A stretch of DNA of 64,000 bases from an uncultured Gemmatimonadaceae bacterium. GTDB lineage: Bacteria > Gemmatimonadota > Gemmatimonadetes > Gemmatimonadales > Gemmatimonadaceae. Position 1 is the stretch's first letter, and each line of letters begins with the position of its first letter. The notes under the pieces are model-generated. The model did no database searches and was not told the origin of the DNA. It saw nothing but the letters and a program-made list of their open reading frames with translations. Positions 41,237 to 53,075 of this stretch are shown one piece after another. Both the position numbers and the translations under genes were made by a program. The DNA lies in assembly GCA_963781585.1 (NCBI GenBank), contig CAWAGQ010000007.1, positions 422,886-486,885 on the forward strand, read 5' to 3'.

Positions 41237-43056
41237 TCACGGTGAGCGCGGGAACACGAACTCGCCGCTCGGATCCCGTTGCCGCATCGCCGTCACGCGT
41301 CCGCCCTCGACCGTAAAGGAGATCACGACATCGGGGAATTCCTTCACCCGGAACTGGTTCGGCCGCCACGGCTGCAGGTCCGGCCCGCCTCGAATCGCGA
41401 TGCCCTTTCCCGGAGGAACGTCACCGCCACCTTGCCGCCGCTTGGCGACGTGTACGTGCCGGCGTACCGCCGAGCGTGGCGTCGGCCGTCAGCGCCGCCG
41501 GTACCTGCCGCGTGAACGTGACCGCCGCCTCGTCCAGGCTCACCTCCAGACTCTCCACGTCACCCATCGGGTTCGTCCCGAAGTTGAGCGAGAACTTCCC
41601 ATCCTCCTCGTCGTCAGGCGTGTCGAACCGGTCGTAGTGAAAGTGGGTGAGCGGCATCCTGATGCCGTGGAAGTCGAAGGTGAGCCCGGTGTCGCCGCGC
41701 GCGATGGTGATCACACCGTACGCGGGATGCACAAACTCGCCCACGTAGTCTTCCAGCGGATGCGACGGCTTCGTGCCCGGCACGCGGCCGACCGCGGCCA
41801 CCGTGCGGGACGTCGTGGCCGCCGCCTTGTTCTTGAGCCGGATTCCGTTGAGCCGCTCCGACCAGGGCGTGAGCGACATGCCGAGGAGCCGCTCGTAGAT
41901 ATCGAACGTGAGCCCGTTGTAGAACGATGCCACGTGGTCGCCGATGACCAGCACGATCACGCCGATCGAATCGTTGGGCATGATCGAGATCTGCGAGTGG
42001 AACCCCGGGAGGTCGCCGCCGTGGAGCGCCCGCAGGTGACCGCGGTACGATGACACCCAGCGTCCCATGCCATAGTACTGGTTGAGGTTCTCCCCCCAGC
42101 CGCGCGTCTCGAGCGCCGCATTTGGCATCGCGATCGACGGCGCCATCGTCCACGAAGTACCGTCGCGGGGATCACCTGCCTGCCGCCCACGCGACCGCCG
42201 TTGAGGAGGGCGGTGACCCAGCGCGACAGGTCGAGCGCGTTCGAGTTGATCGCGCCGGCCGGCGCGATCGCCACTTCCGCCGTGTAGTACGGCTGCCGGT
42301 AGAGCACCGAGCTGTCACGCCGCTCCGAGTAGGGTACGGCCGGCTCCGGCCCCTGCAGGTTGTCCGCGATCGTGAGCGGGACCGCGACATCCCGAGCGGG
42401 TCGAAGATGCGGCGCTGGACGAATTGCTCCCACGTCTGCCCGCTGAGCTCCTGGATCACCTGCCCCGCCGCCGTGAACATCAGATTGTTGTAGAGGAAGG
42501 TCGTGCGGATCGGCGCCGAAGGCTCGAGATAGCGCAGCCGGTCCCAGAGCTCGCGCCGGGTGAATGACGACTTGTACCAGATGAAGTCGTGCCTCGTGAC
42601 GCCCGTACGGTGCGACAGCATGTCGCGGATGGTCACCGACCGGTCCAGATCGTCGTTGTAGAAGCGGATCGACGGCACGAACTGCTTGATCGGCTCGTCC
42701 CAGCGCAGCTTACCCTCCTCGACCAGCATCCCCACCGCGACGGCCGTGAAGAGCTTCGTGTTCGACGCGATGGGCTGCGTCGTCGTCGGCGTGTATGGAA
42801 GCTTCTTGCCGTAGTCGCGATAGCCATACCCCTTCGCGAAGACGAGCGAATCCTTCACCACGATCCCGACTCCGATCCCCGGCGCATCCCAGTCTTTCAT
42901 CAGCTGTGCCATGTACTCGTCGAGCCCCTTGAGGCGCGCCTTGACGTCGGGCGCCTGTTGCGCGATGGATCAGCGAGGTGCGCACAGCACAGTGAGCGCC
43001 ACGGTGAGCGCCGCACGGGCGACGCGACGGGGAAGGGGAGCCCACGTGTCCGTCAT
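41237..43056 (-). CDS. Serine hydrolase, beta-lactamase family with DUF3471; several frameshifts
   Basis: SNTK, YNN, HGG motifs spread over ORFs 42172..42912, 41957..42433 and 41421..42146; frameshifts may be sequencing errors. Confidence 0.8.
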
Positions 43057-43147
43057 ACGCACCTCGCGAAGGGGACCGTTGGAATAACCGTCCCAAAGAT
43101 ACGCCCGGCCGTCGCGGCGGCCACGGGGACGGTGAGGCCGCGCGTCG

Positions 43148-43440
43148 CTACGGTCGTGCGACGTGCTGGCGCACCTCGGCCAGTGCGGGCACCGTTACGT
43201 CGGCAGCGGACCAGTTGCCGGCCAGCTGGCGGTACGCCTGCTTGGCCTCGGCGGCGCGCCCGCGCGTCCCTTCTGTACGGGCGCTGCCCAGCAGCGCCGC
43301 CGAGCGCCCCGGTTGCAGCTGCAGCGCCTTCGCGTATTCCCCGGCCGCGGCGTTCGGGTCACCTAACGAGAGCAGCATCGCTCCCAGCAGCTCATGACCT
43401 GGCGCGACGACGGCAGGCGGTCCGAACTCCGGCGGCATGC
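43148..43440 (-). pseudogene. C-terminal fragment of a TPR protein
   Basis: GPP...HELLG, ALQLQPGRSAALLG; no intact N-terminus. Confidence 0.55.
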
Positions 43441-43589
43441 ATCCTGTCATCCATGCGTCGAAGGGGCGAGTACCCAGTCGGCTGGTCCAATCTACCGCGG
43501 AAGACAGTCGAGGACACCGGAAAAGGGAGCGGCGGACGGTGCGTGCGTGGCGCCGTGCGGCCGCAGCCGCGAGAACGGGGCGGCGACTC

Positions 43590-44416
43590 ACACCCCACCG
43601 GCGGCGCCGCCGCCTGCCCCGCCTCCCACTCGGAGACGTCCACCCGCCCGTCGCGACGAGCAGCCAGACCATCGAATGCCATGCCCCGAGACATACGCGC
43701 CGGAGTGGGCAGCAGCAGCGGAAGGTCGAGGCATGGGCAGGAGAGGGAGGAGGGGGGGGGGGGAGGGGGGGGGGGGCGGGCCAGGACGATCAGGATGTTC
43801 TGCGCGAATGAATCCCAGGCCAGCGAGTGCGGCGAGGCACGCCCAGCACCCGAGGAAGATAGCCGGAGCGAAAGATGAGATACCCGCGGAGCACCCAGCC
43901 CAGGGCCCGTAGAACCCCAGGAAGATTCGCGGCGGGGATTCGGTTGAACACGCCTGAACGACAGGAGCGCGAGCGCGTTCAGGTTGCTCAGGCGAGAACG
44001 CCCAGGAAGTCAGCCCGCCGGATGAGCGAGGGGGCAAAGTAGAAGGCCTCGGCCACGCGCGTAGAGGGTGGTGGAAATGAGCCCGAGCGAACGCTGTGAG
44101 CAGCGCCAGCGTCCGTCCCACGGGGCGGAGCAACACGTAGAAGATGGGATCGCCAGCGTGACGTCGCACACCGCTTCCACCAGGTAGCTGGCGAACCCCA
44201 GGCGGAACAGGAAGTCAAAGGGCGGTGACATTCGCGGCGGTAGCCGCGGCATCGGTCGGCACGATGATCTTCGAGGGGATAGGCTTCCCCCACGACGCCG
44301 AACACCGTCGAGAGCAGTATCAGCACGCCGGCCGTCCGTGCATAACGCTGGACCGACGGCTGGCGCAGCCAGTGCGAAGGCCAGCGAGCGACGCTGGCAA
44401 CCGGAACGGCAGTCAT
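43590..44416 (-). pseudogene. DUF4386-like membrane protein, heavily frameshifted
   Basis: Fragments YARTAGVLILLS, FRLGFASYLVE, FYVLLRPV, SGYLPRVLG, VDVSEWEA in different frames; G-rich tract inside. Confidence 0.6.
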
Positions 44417-44752
44417 GATGGGTGTCCTCTGTGTTCGCCGGCTGGCTCTCCCCTCGCACATGGCCATCCGGGAATAGCACCGGGAGTGCCGGGCGGCAGT
44501 CAGCGAGGGGGCAGTCAGCCCTACGCGTCGCGTCGTGGCGAGTTACATCGCCCCGGCACCGCGTGGCAACTCCTCATCAACCCTGTGAACGGCCGATACC
44601 AGAGAACATGATGCCGCATATCCAAAGGATGATCGTACGTTGCTCGGAGGGCCGACTGGCCTGGCCCAGTAGTGCATTCAAGGCTGTTGCGCAGTTCGTC
44701 CTGCCCATGTAGTCTCACGGCTTCGTCCCCTGCAATCTTCCTTGGAGAACGC

Positions 44753-45337
44753 ATGAAGACTCTTCCTGCCTTTATCCTGGTGCTGGCCTTGCCGGTGGGC
44801 CTTGCCGCCCAGCAGGCTTCCGCCGCCGCCGGCCAATCCGATCACTACGGCATTCCGCGGCCGTACCATGGCCCTCCACCGCAACATCGCGCAGGCATTC
44901 GATTCGATTCCCGAGTCCAAGTTCAGCTACAAGCCGACGCCCGCGCAGCTCACCATCGGCTACATCGCGCAGCACGTGGCGAGCGACAACTACTTCTTCT
45001 GCAGCACCTTTGGCGACATGAAGGCGACGCTGTCCGCGGAGGACACCGCGACGGCGGATTCCGTCAAGGCGACATGGCCAAAGGATAAACTGGTGGCCAA
45101 GCTCAAGGCGTCGTTCACGTTCTGTGAGAACGCGTTTGCGCAGCTCGATGATGCGAAGCTCGGCCGAGCAGGTGGCGCTGACATTCAATGGCAACACGCG
45201 CAACATTGCCGCGCGAACATGGTGCTCGGCCACGCGTCGACCTGGCGGATCATTACAGCCAGCTGGCGAATTACATGCGCCTGAACGGCATCCTGCCGCC
45301 AACGGCATTGCCGCGGCCGGGTCGAGGGGGGGAGTAG
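44753..45337 (+). CDS. DinB family secreted protein, frameshifted
   Basis: Signal peptide; IPESKFSYKPTP, QHVA, DHYSQLANYMRLNGILPP across frames. Confidence 0.7.
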
Positions 45338-45620
45338 GAGCGCAGGCGCCGCTACGCCTGGTGTCGGGCGGGGCAGGGACCCTAACCTGTCGGGACCGCA
45401 AGCTGTCGAGTCCGCGTCATGGTACGCATCGTCGACCCTCCGGGGTGTGTTGAGAAAGTGACGCCTCGGCGTCACGCTCGCCAGAGGTCCTGCCCGCAAT
45501 GGCTGAGTCCGTCCTTTTTACCGTTACGCAGGCGTGTGGACCGGTCGCGTTTCCCCGGTGTCGATTTCGGGCCCCCTCGATCGACGCCATGGTGTAACCA
45601 CCACAAAAGGGAGACCGACA

Positions 45621-45983
45621 ATGAAGTACCTCATGCTCATCAAGCACGCCGAAGACTACTGGAACCGTACTCCGCCGCCGGGCCTCTTCGAGGCGATGGG
45701 CGAATTCGTCCAGGCGTCGTTCAAGGACGGCACCCTCGTTGACACCGCCGGCCTCAAGCCGACGAAGGACGGCGCACGCGTCCGCCTCGCCGGCGGCAAG
45801 ATCAAGACGATCGACGGCCCATTCACCGAAGCCAAGGAGATCATCGGCGGCTACGCGATCGTCAATGCGAAGTCGCGCGAGCACGCGCTCGAGATCGGTG
45901 AACGCTTCATGGAGCTGCACCGGGTGCACTGGCCGGAGTTCGAGGGCGAGTGCGAGATCCGGCCGTTAGAGGACATGGGCTGA
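45621..45983 (+). CDS. YciI family (DGPF) protein
   Basis: DGPFTEAKEIIGGY, EIRP; GGAG RBS. Confidence 0.92.
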   Translation: MKYLMLIKHAEDYWNRTPPPGLFEAMGEFVQASFKDGTLVDTAGLKPTKDGARVRLAGGKIKTIDGPFTEAKEIIGGYAIVNAKSREHALEIGERFMELHRVHWPEFEGECEIRPLEDMG

Positions 45984-46188
45984 TCGGCGGGACCAGCGCC
46001 CGTCGGTCGCCGTTTCGATGCTTCTCAAGGAAGGCACGGAGGAGAGGGCCGTCCAGAATCGACCAACAGCTCTGATCGCGGCGTGCCGGACGCAGGCACA
46101 GGATCTCGATATCGCCGACACGTGATACAGGTCACCCGGCTCGCACCGCTTCTAGCGCGTGCGAGGGGAGATGTGCCCTGCCGCATGC

Positions 46189-46563
46189 CTATTTCTTCGG
46201 TGGCGTCATGAGGATCACGCCCTTCCCGCCATCGGGATCCAGGCAGTCCCCCTGGTAGCTCCGGTCCTTGCGCAGCATGAGCGTGCAGTTCACGACAGGA
46301 CCCGGCGTGAACTTGAACGTGATCCGGTCTGCCAGGACTTGGATTTCGGTGAGCGGCTGCGCCCCCATCGGTCCGGCGTTCATGGTGATCTTCGTGGTGT
46401 CACCGCTGGCGGTCACGTCGAACGTCACCTGGAGCACGTCGCCGCCTGGCGGCGTCACCGTGCCGGTCCACTGGCCGGCTTCGAGCTGCTGCGCCGCGAG
46501 TGCTGCGGGCGCGAGCAGCAGGATCGCGCACGACAGCAGGAACGACTTCGATCGACGAGTCAT
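46189..46563 (-). CDS. Secreted hypothetical protein
   Basis: Signal peptide, GQWTG, two Cys. Confidence 0.7.
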   Translation of the reverse strand: MTRRSKSFLLSCAILLLAPAALAAQQLEAGQWTGTVTPPGGDVLQVTFDVTASGDTTKITMNAGPMGAQPLTEIQVLADRITFKFTPGPVVNCTLMLRKDRSYQGDCLDPDGGKGVILMTPPKK

Positions 46564-46753
46564 CTCGGCCTCGGGCAAGGGGGGAAGGAGGGGAGGGGAT
46601 TGTCCAGCGTACGTGCCGTATTGTCCCGGAGTTCCCGGTTGCCGGAATGACAAATGCGTCCCAAGGGCAGGTGCGGCCGTTCGATCTCAGTGCCCACGGA
46701 CGTGACATCGCAAAGCGATAGGGCGAGCCCGTACCCACCGTTGTCATGGTGTG

Positions 46754-47569
46754 TTACGGGAACAGATCGGTGAGCGCTGCGGTCGGGAACGCGGGACTGA
46801 GCGGAATGGCGCCGTTCCAGAACTGCGCAGTAGCTGCCTGAACGCGCCGCACGTCTTCGGCCGTGAACTGCGACTTGTGACACGCCATGGAGCGCCCCGC
46901 CGCCTGCAGATCCTCCGGGGTGAACGGCACCCGGACCGACAGATACCGCGGGTCCGGCACCAGGAAGGGCGGCACACCACGCTGCGGATTCATGTCGCGA
47001 ATTGCGTCGGCGGGCAAATACATGTAGAAGACGCGATCGGGAACCCCAGGCGCTCCGGCGCGCTGGAGCTGCGTCACCATGCTGCTCACCATTCGATGGT
47101 CCGGGTGCCCCATCCCTCCCTCCGGCCCCCAGGTGACGATCGCATCGGGATGCAAACGCTGGAGCTCCTCGGCGATGCGCTGCGTCAATCGGTACGCGAG
47201 CGCGCGATCGCCGACGTAGTCACCGAGCTTGCCGTCCGGAAAGGCCAGCAGAATGGGCGGTTTCACCCCGAGGGCCTGGGTGGCGCAGCGCGCCTCCTCG
47301 GTACGCGCACGCACGAGGTCCTGGCCGCGCGGCGCCGTGTCCCCGCGCGCGGCGGCGAAGCCGGTGCCCTGTCCGCCATCGGTTGCGATCAGCAGATAGA
47401 CCTGGACGCCCTCGCGCGCGTACCGGGCGAGTATCGGCGCAGCCGGCCCCTCGTCATCGGCGTGCGCCAGCACGGCGACCAGTGTCCGCGGCGACGCCGT
47501 TTGCGAGAGCGACCTGCGTGGGGAGACGAACAGCAGGGTCGCGAGGATGACGGGAATCAGCGAGTACAT
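46754..47569 (-). CDS. PIG-L family deacetylase
   Basis: AHADDE, ATDG, R.EEA, GHPDH, CHKSQ. Confidence 0.9.
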   Translation of the reverse strand: MYSLIPVILATLLFVSPRRSLSQTASPRTLVAVLAHADDEGPAAPILARYAREGVQVYLLIATDGGQGTGFAAARGDTAPRGQDLVRARTEEARCATQALGVKPPILLAFPDGKLGDYVGDRALAYRLTQRIAEELQRLHPDAIVTWGPEGGMGHPDHRMVSSMVTQLQRAGAPGVPDRVFYMYLPADAIRDMNPQRGVPPFLVPDPRYLSVRVPFTPEDLQAAGRSMACHKSQFTAEDVRRVQAATAQFWNGAIPLSPAFPTAALTDLFP

Positions 47570-47689
47570 CGTGGGCGCGGGGCCTGGCCCCGCGCCACTC
47601 CTCGGATCTGGCAACGGCATTGGTCGTTAGGTGGCGGTCACGCGCCAGGCGGCGGTCGCGATGCCGAGGCGGTGTAGACCCGAGACCGC

Positions 47690-47980
47690 TCAGGGAAACA
47701 GACGAGAAAGGAACACGGCACCGACAAGCCCAAGGAGAACGAGCACTCCAAGGTGGCGAGCTGGCCACGAGCGTATTCCGGGGGCTGGCGGCTGCAACCG
47801 CTCACGGATCGCCTGGTCGACCGCGGCCGGCGAGATACCGGCTTCGGTAGCGATGGCGCGCAACGCGGCGGCGTCAAGGCGCTCGCTGCGTTGGGCATCG
47901 AGCGCTGCAGCGCGCGCCATGATGTGCTTCGCGTCAGAGTCGTCGAAGCCCGGATCGGGACTGACTGGATCGGAACTCAT
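47690..47980 (-). CDS. Small hypothetical membrane protein
   Basis: IMARAAALD...AIATEAGISPAAV plus C-terminal TM. Confidence 0.65.
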   Translation of the reverse strand: MSSDPVSPDPGFDDSDAKHIMARAAALDAQRSERLDAAALRAIATEAGISPAAVDQAIRERLQPPAPGIRSWPARHLGVLVLLGLVGAVFLSRLFP

Positions 47981-48275
47981 ACGAAACCTCCAGAGTATCG
48001 CGTGCGCCGCCGCCGCTCCCATCGAAGGCACAACGACCCGCGCGTGAGTAGTTCGTAAGCGGGCCTTGTTCTGCATACGGTAGCTGCTGCGATGGCAGAG
48101 CGCTACGGCGGCGGTAACTCGGCCAGGTGGGCCGGTCCCCGGTATCGACCAGTCGCGCTTTGAGCGAGCGGCGTGCGGCGCGTCGAGGCGACTTCATCGC
48201 GGTGCGGCAAAGCTCGAGATGTGGCGCGCGCGAGCACGTCTCGGAGAGCGCGCCCCGCGTGCACACGCGCGTATT

Positions 48276-49718
48276 TCAATGCACGCGGTGGAATAATCGG
48301 TGGGGTTTCCCGCGCGCATTGTCGTTCCCTGCTGATTGACGCGACGTAATTACTCGCCCGGCGGACTCGGAAGCACGTGCATCACCTTGTGGAGGTCGGC
48401 GTTCACGATGCGGATGTCCCCCACCGACCCGGCTGCCCCTGCGCGGGCGGGTATCCCTCGACACTGAAGCTCCCCGTGGACCGTTGCCGCTGAAGGGGAG
48501 TGTCAAGGTGAGGGTGACGCCCTCGACTCCCGGGAGCGCGGCGAGGCGCGGCACCGCAGTGTTCCAGAAGCAGAGCCGCGTGGTGTCGTTCGTGTACCTT
48601 GCGGCGGGGAGCTGCATGCTGAATGTGAGGCGGTTGCTCGCGTCGAAGCCCGGGTCCACGCTGGAGAGGCGCGCGAAGCTCTTCACGCGCAGGACGGCGC
48701 CGGTGAGCAGGGTGAGGGCGAGCGCCATTTCGGCGACGGCCAGCCCCTTGCGCAGGCGGTGCCCCGAACGATCGACAGCAGAGCTGCGCCCGCCTTACTT
48801 CAGCCTGTGCTGCAGGTTCGTGCGCGACGCTTGGATCGCGGGGATCAACCCGAAGAGAAGCCCGGTCACGAGCGAAACGAGGAGCGCGAAGCCCAAGACC
48901 GTTGCATCGATCGCGAGCTGGTCGCCGCGCGGGATGTTGGCGGGGCGGAGGGCGATGACCGCGCGCATTCCGGCCAAGCGAGGCCGATGCCGAGGACGCC
49001 ACCCAGCAGGGCCAGGACGACCGACTCGACGAGGAGCTACCTGACAAGGGTGCGGCGCGACGCACCTAACGCCGACCGGATGGCAACTTCGTTCATGCGC
49101 GCCGCCACGCGGGCGAGGAGGAGATTGGCGACATTGGATGTCGGCCTGCGGGTTGAAGAGCTCTTGGAACCCCTGCGGCATGACGCCGACGACCTGATAC
49201 CTCTCGTTGTTGAGGATGACGGAGCGGCCGGTGGTGGAGGCCTCGCCGCCGAACTCGCGCTGCCAGAGTCTCCAGGACACGACGACCTCGTGGTTCCTGC
49301 CGAGGGCATCGTCGTCGGGTTGCAGCGCGCGGCCGCGGGCCCCGGGGACGCCCAGCGTGGAGAAGTACGGACCGGAGATGCGGCGTCCCTGGAGGCGTCG
49401 GGCTCGCCGGTGCCCGTGAGGGCGGGGGCCCAGCCGTTCTCGAGGAAGAGGCCGTCGAAGACTTGGCCTCTTTCGGTCAGTTCGCGGTCCGGGGCGGAGA
49501 GCCGGCCTCGAGTTATTGAGGGAGGGTTAGAAGTGGTCGATCGTGACGAGCCGATCGAGGCTTCTATGAGGAAAGGGGCGCAGGAGGACGGTGTTGACGA
49601 CCGAGAAGATGGCCGTATTGGCGCCGATGCCGAGGGTGAGGCGGACGACGGTGGAGAAGCCCGGGGATCTACGGAGGCGACGCAGGGCGTAACGGATGTC
49701 TTGGACGAGGGTGTCCAT
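48276..49718 (-). pseudogene. Degraded ADOP-type ABC permease
   Basis: [38 protein letters not shown] fragments with frameshifts and internal deletions. Confidence 0.8.
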
Positions 49719-50434
49719 GGGCGGCTCGTCTCCCAGCTGGGTTGTCGTGCGGACTATCGGCCGCTCCGGGGTCAGCCCTGGTCCCGGGTGTTCTGGGGGC
49801 CAAAGACGGTTACGGAATATGGACAGTCGGGTCTCGGGGAGGTTTGATGGGTGGGTGAGATGAGTAGTGAGCGGGGTGGGGCGTGGGGTACGGGGCGTAG
49901 AAGCGGCAGGCTGGAGCGCGCAGCCTGATCCGCTTTGAGCGTCGGTGCGTGCGGGAATTGGTCGGGCCCGGGCGCGAGAGTGCGGGCGCGCGCGTGAGCG
50001 GAGCCTCGGGGGTGTTCCGGATTCAAGAGCGTCCTGCCCAAGGTGTGCTCGGGGACCGGCGGGATCGGGATTGGGTCCGGGGAGTGCCGAGTTTGGAGGC
50101 GATGTTACGTCGTGTATCGTCAGTGCCCATGGCGGGTGTGTCGGGGCGCAGTTTCGCGTGGGATATTCCGCGGTGGATCGAAAGCGGGTCGGACGAACAA
50201 CGGCCGCAAGTTGGGATCATGCGGCTCGGTACAGATTTGCGACCGTTCGCTTGGATAGGAGGTTTTCGTGGGATGTCGCTGGCGCCCGTCGAAGAACGCT
50301 CAAGCCAAGAGGCGGTGCGTATCTATGGGTCGGAAGGCACGATGCCGTCGATAGCCACGTTTGGCCGCGTGTATCGGCGACTCGGGTAGGCGACGCGGCG
50401 GGAATGGGAGCTGACCGGAAAATAGACGGCCCAT

Positions 50435-52318
50435 GTGTCGGGAGAACTGATGAGGGCGACGTGGCATTTCCGTGAATTCATGCCTGGTGACAACGTCTCG
50501 GACCCGGAATTCACGAAGGCGCTGTTTACGCGTGGTAGTGATGGCGTGCTCGCTCGTGGAGTCGTCCGGGAATCGATCCAGAACTCACTCGATGCGCGCC
50601 GACCCAGAGACGGAACGGCCCGGGTAAGGTTCTGCCTGAGACGCGGCCGCATGGCCGCTCGCTTCTCCGGCGCCGAGGTATTCCTCGAAGGCATCTGGGA
50701 GCACATGGCCGCGAAGAACGCGGGCCTCCGGAGTCCTCCGGTGAGAAGTGCACCGATTCCGTTTCTGGTGGTCGAGGATTTCGGTACAAGCGGCTTGACC
50801 GGCGATCCTGCGCAGTGGCAGCCATTCGGTTCCGAGCGGAATCCATTCTTTCTCTTCTTCCGCGCCTTGGGGAGAAGCGGGAAAGAAGGTGAGGACCGCG
50901 GGCGATGGGGTGTGGGGAAGTTCGTGTTCCCGATGGCCAGCGATGGAAGCAGCTGGTTCGGCTACACAGTACCGTCCACAGGCGGCGGCCCGGCGCTCAT
51001 GGGCCGAGTCGTCCTGAAGACGCACGGCACGTCCGCGAAGTCATTCCACCCGGATGGCCACTGGGGTTTGCGAAGCGGTGACAGCTCTCTCGTAATGCCC
51101 GAGGTCGAGCGAAGCGTACTGGCCGCGTTTCGCACCTTGTTCGCATTGCAGCGTCAGGAAGAGCCGGGGCTGTCGGTCGTGGTTCCCTGGATCACCGAGG
51201 AGATCTCCGGCGAGTCCCTCCTCGAAGCTGCTATCCGCGAGTACTTCCTGCCCATTCTGCGCCGCGACCTGATAGTGGAGATCGACGACAACGGCCAGCG
51301 TACGGTGCTGGACGATGGCAGCCTGCGCGCCATGGTTGACGACATCCAGTCTGAATTGGACAGGGCGTACGTAAGCATCGGAATCGCGATTGCGGATTCT
51401 GACACAGGCCTTACGGAGCTCGGCTCGCGGATTCGCTACGACGAGATGGAGTGGCCTGAAACGCCATTTGGCGAAGGGGACGAACAGCGGCTCCTGCATC
51501 GCTTGGAAGAAGGGGAGCTGCTCAACGTGCGCGTGCCGATCGAGGTCAAGCCAAAAGACGAGAGACCGCGGCCGACTCACTTCGATGTGTACATGCAGCG
51601 CGTCGAAGGGCTCGGCCGGGCACGACCGCTGCTTGTACGCGAAGGCATAACGATTCCCGAGGACAGGACCACCGCCTTGCACGGGATTGCGTCCCTTGTC
51701 ACAATCGACGACCGTCCCATCGCAGTCTTGGTCGGCGACTCCGAGTCACCTGCACACACCGAGCTCCAGTACCAGCTGATCAAGGACAAGTACACCTACG
51801 CCGGCAAAGTCTTGCAGCTTCTGCGTGCTGCGTCCGCCAGCATCGTCAAGACCTTGGAGCACTCCTCGCAGGAGGATGACCCCTTTTTGCTTGCGCAGTT
51901 CTTTCCCGTATCGACGGACGATGAAACCCGCCGTGGCGAATTGGAGACCCGGAGGAAGAAGGGAGCCAGTAGAGAGCCGCCGCCGACCGGCATTCCGCCG
52001 GGGCGTGCTCCGAGGGTGCGTCTTGCAAGGATCGACGGAGGATTCAGGATCACAGAGGCAAGTGACGCTAGCGAGGTACTCGGCGAGGTGACAGTTCGCT
52101 GCGCCTATGACGTCCGTCGCGGCAATCCGTTCAAGCGCTATCGACCGTTCGACTTCACGTTCAGTCAGGCCGATTTGGGGGTTGATGTCGAGGGCGCCGA
52201 AATCACACTGCGCGAAGACAACCGTTTCGCCTTCAGACCTAGCGGATCGAAGTTCGAGTGCAGGGTGACAGGCTTCGATCCCAATCGCAACCTTATCGTC
52301 AAGTACGAGATCGAGTAA
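50435..52318 (+). CDS. GHKL (HATPase_c-like) ATPase with uncharacterised C-terminal region
   Basis: RESIQNSLDA (N box), EDFGTSG (G1), GRWGVGK (G2); probable start is ATG 50450 after GGAG. Confidence 0.8.
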   Translation: MSGELMRATWHFREFMPGDNVSDPEFTKALFTRGSDGVLARGVVRESIQNSLDARRPRDGTARVRFCLRRGRMAARFSGAEVFLEGIWEHMAAKNAGLRSPPVRSAPIPFLVVEDFGTSGLTGDPAQWQPFGSERNPFFLFFRALGRSGKEGEDRGRWGVGKFVFPMASDGSSWFGYTVPSTGGGPALMGRVVLKTHGTSAKSFHPDGHWGLRSGDSSLVMPEVERSVLAAFRTLFALQRQEEPGLSVVVPWITEEISGESLLEAAIREYFLPILRRDLIVEIDDNGQRTVLDDGSLRAMVDDIQSELDRAYVSIGIAIADSDTGLTELGSRIRYDEMEWPETPFGEGDEQRLLHRLEEGELLNVRVPIEVKPKDERPRPTHFDVYMQRVEGLGRARPLLVREGITIPEDRTTALHGIASLVTIDDRPIAVLVGDSESPAHTELQYQLIKDKYTYAGKVLQLLRAASASIVKTLEHSSQEDDPFLLAQFFPVSTDDETRRGELETRRKKGASREPPPTGIPPGRAPRVRLARIDGGFRITEASDASEVLGEVTVRCAYDVRRGNPFKRYRPFDFTFSQADLGVDVEGAEITLREDNRFAFRPSGSKFECRVTGFDPNRNLIVKYEIE

Positions 52319-52322
52319 CCCC

Positions 52323-53075
52323 ATGCCGACTCGCCGCTTCAACTATACGCATTGCAGGAGAATCCGTCGCGAACTGGTGGACGTTCGCATCGACACCAGC
52401 GCCGAACCAGCGACGATTAGCGCGGATTTCGACGTCACCCAACTTGATCTGCCGGAGGAGGCGGAAGTAGTTCTCGAAGCGTACGTCGACTGGACGATCA
52501 TGCGCTTTCCTTACGGAAAAGTCGCCGAACACCGCCCACCGTCATCGACGGCCCTTAGCGAGTTTGATTCGCTCGACGGAGTGAAGTGTCGCCTCAAGGT
52601 GCTGGGAACAGGAGAGCACTCCGGTCTGATTCTTGCCAAGGCCGACGGAATCCATCCGTCTGCCCCAGGCGCACCGCAGCATGCGCGATCGTTCGTTCTG
52701 GTACGTCCGGCGGACTTGGGTTCGGTGGTCTGGCAGGTCACCTTCGATGAAACGGAGCCAATCCTTCAGGTCAACGAGCGGCTTGCAGACTGGAAGAGTT
52801 TTCTGAACGCCCCGGGCATTCGTGCTCTGCTGCTTCCCGAGGTACTCAGGCAGTTGCTCAGGGAAGCCGTCCAACGGGGCCGGGATGAGGAGGCTGAGAG
52901 CGATTGGCCGAGACAATGTGACCGGCTCGTCGCCTCGCTCGGCTACGGTGCCCTTCCGGATTCCGACGACGACGACGAAGCCGAGAGCTGGGTCGATGAT
53001 GTCGTCCGGAAGTTCGCACAGCGGCATCGGCTCTGGGCGGGCGTTGCGGAGCTGTTCGATACGGGAGATTCCTGA
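52323..53075 (+). CDS. Hypothetical protein, second gene of the GHKL operon
   Basis: 250-aa ORF 4 bp after the ATPase stop; TGATG overlap with the next gene. Confidence 0.8.
   Translation: MPTRRFNYTHCRRIRRELVDVRIDTSAEPATISADFDVTQLDLPEEAEVVLEAYVDWTIMRFPYGKVAEHRPPSSTALSEFDSLDGVKCRLKVLGTGEHSGLILAKADGIHPSAPGAPQHARSFVLVRPADLGSVVWQVTFDETEPILQVNERLADWKSFLNAPGIRALLLPEVLRQLLREAVQRGRDEEAESDWPRQCDRLVASLGYGALPDSDDDDEAESWVDDVVRKFAQRHRLWAGVAELFDTGDS

Noticed and set aside
43741..43780. G-rich tract as a G-quadruplex or phase-variation switch
   Set aside because: Lies in a region full of indels inside a DUF4386-like gene; a consensus error is more parsimonious
49772..50430. ORFs upstream of the GHKL ATPase as extra island genes or an att site
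   Set aside because: No recognisable motifs, RBS, tRNA fragment or flanking direct repeat
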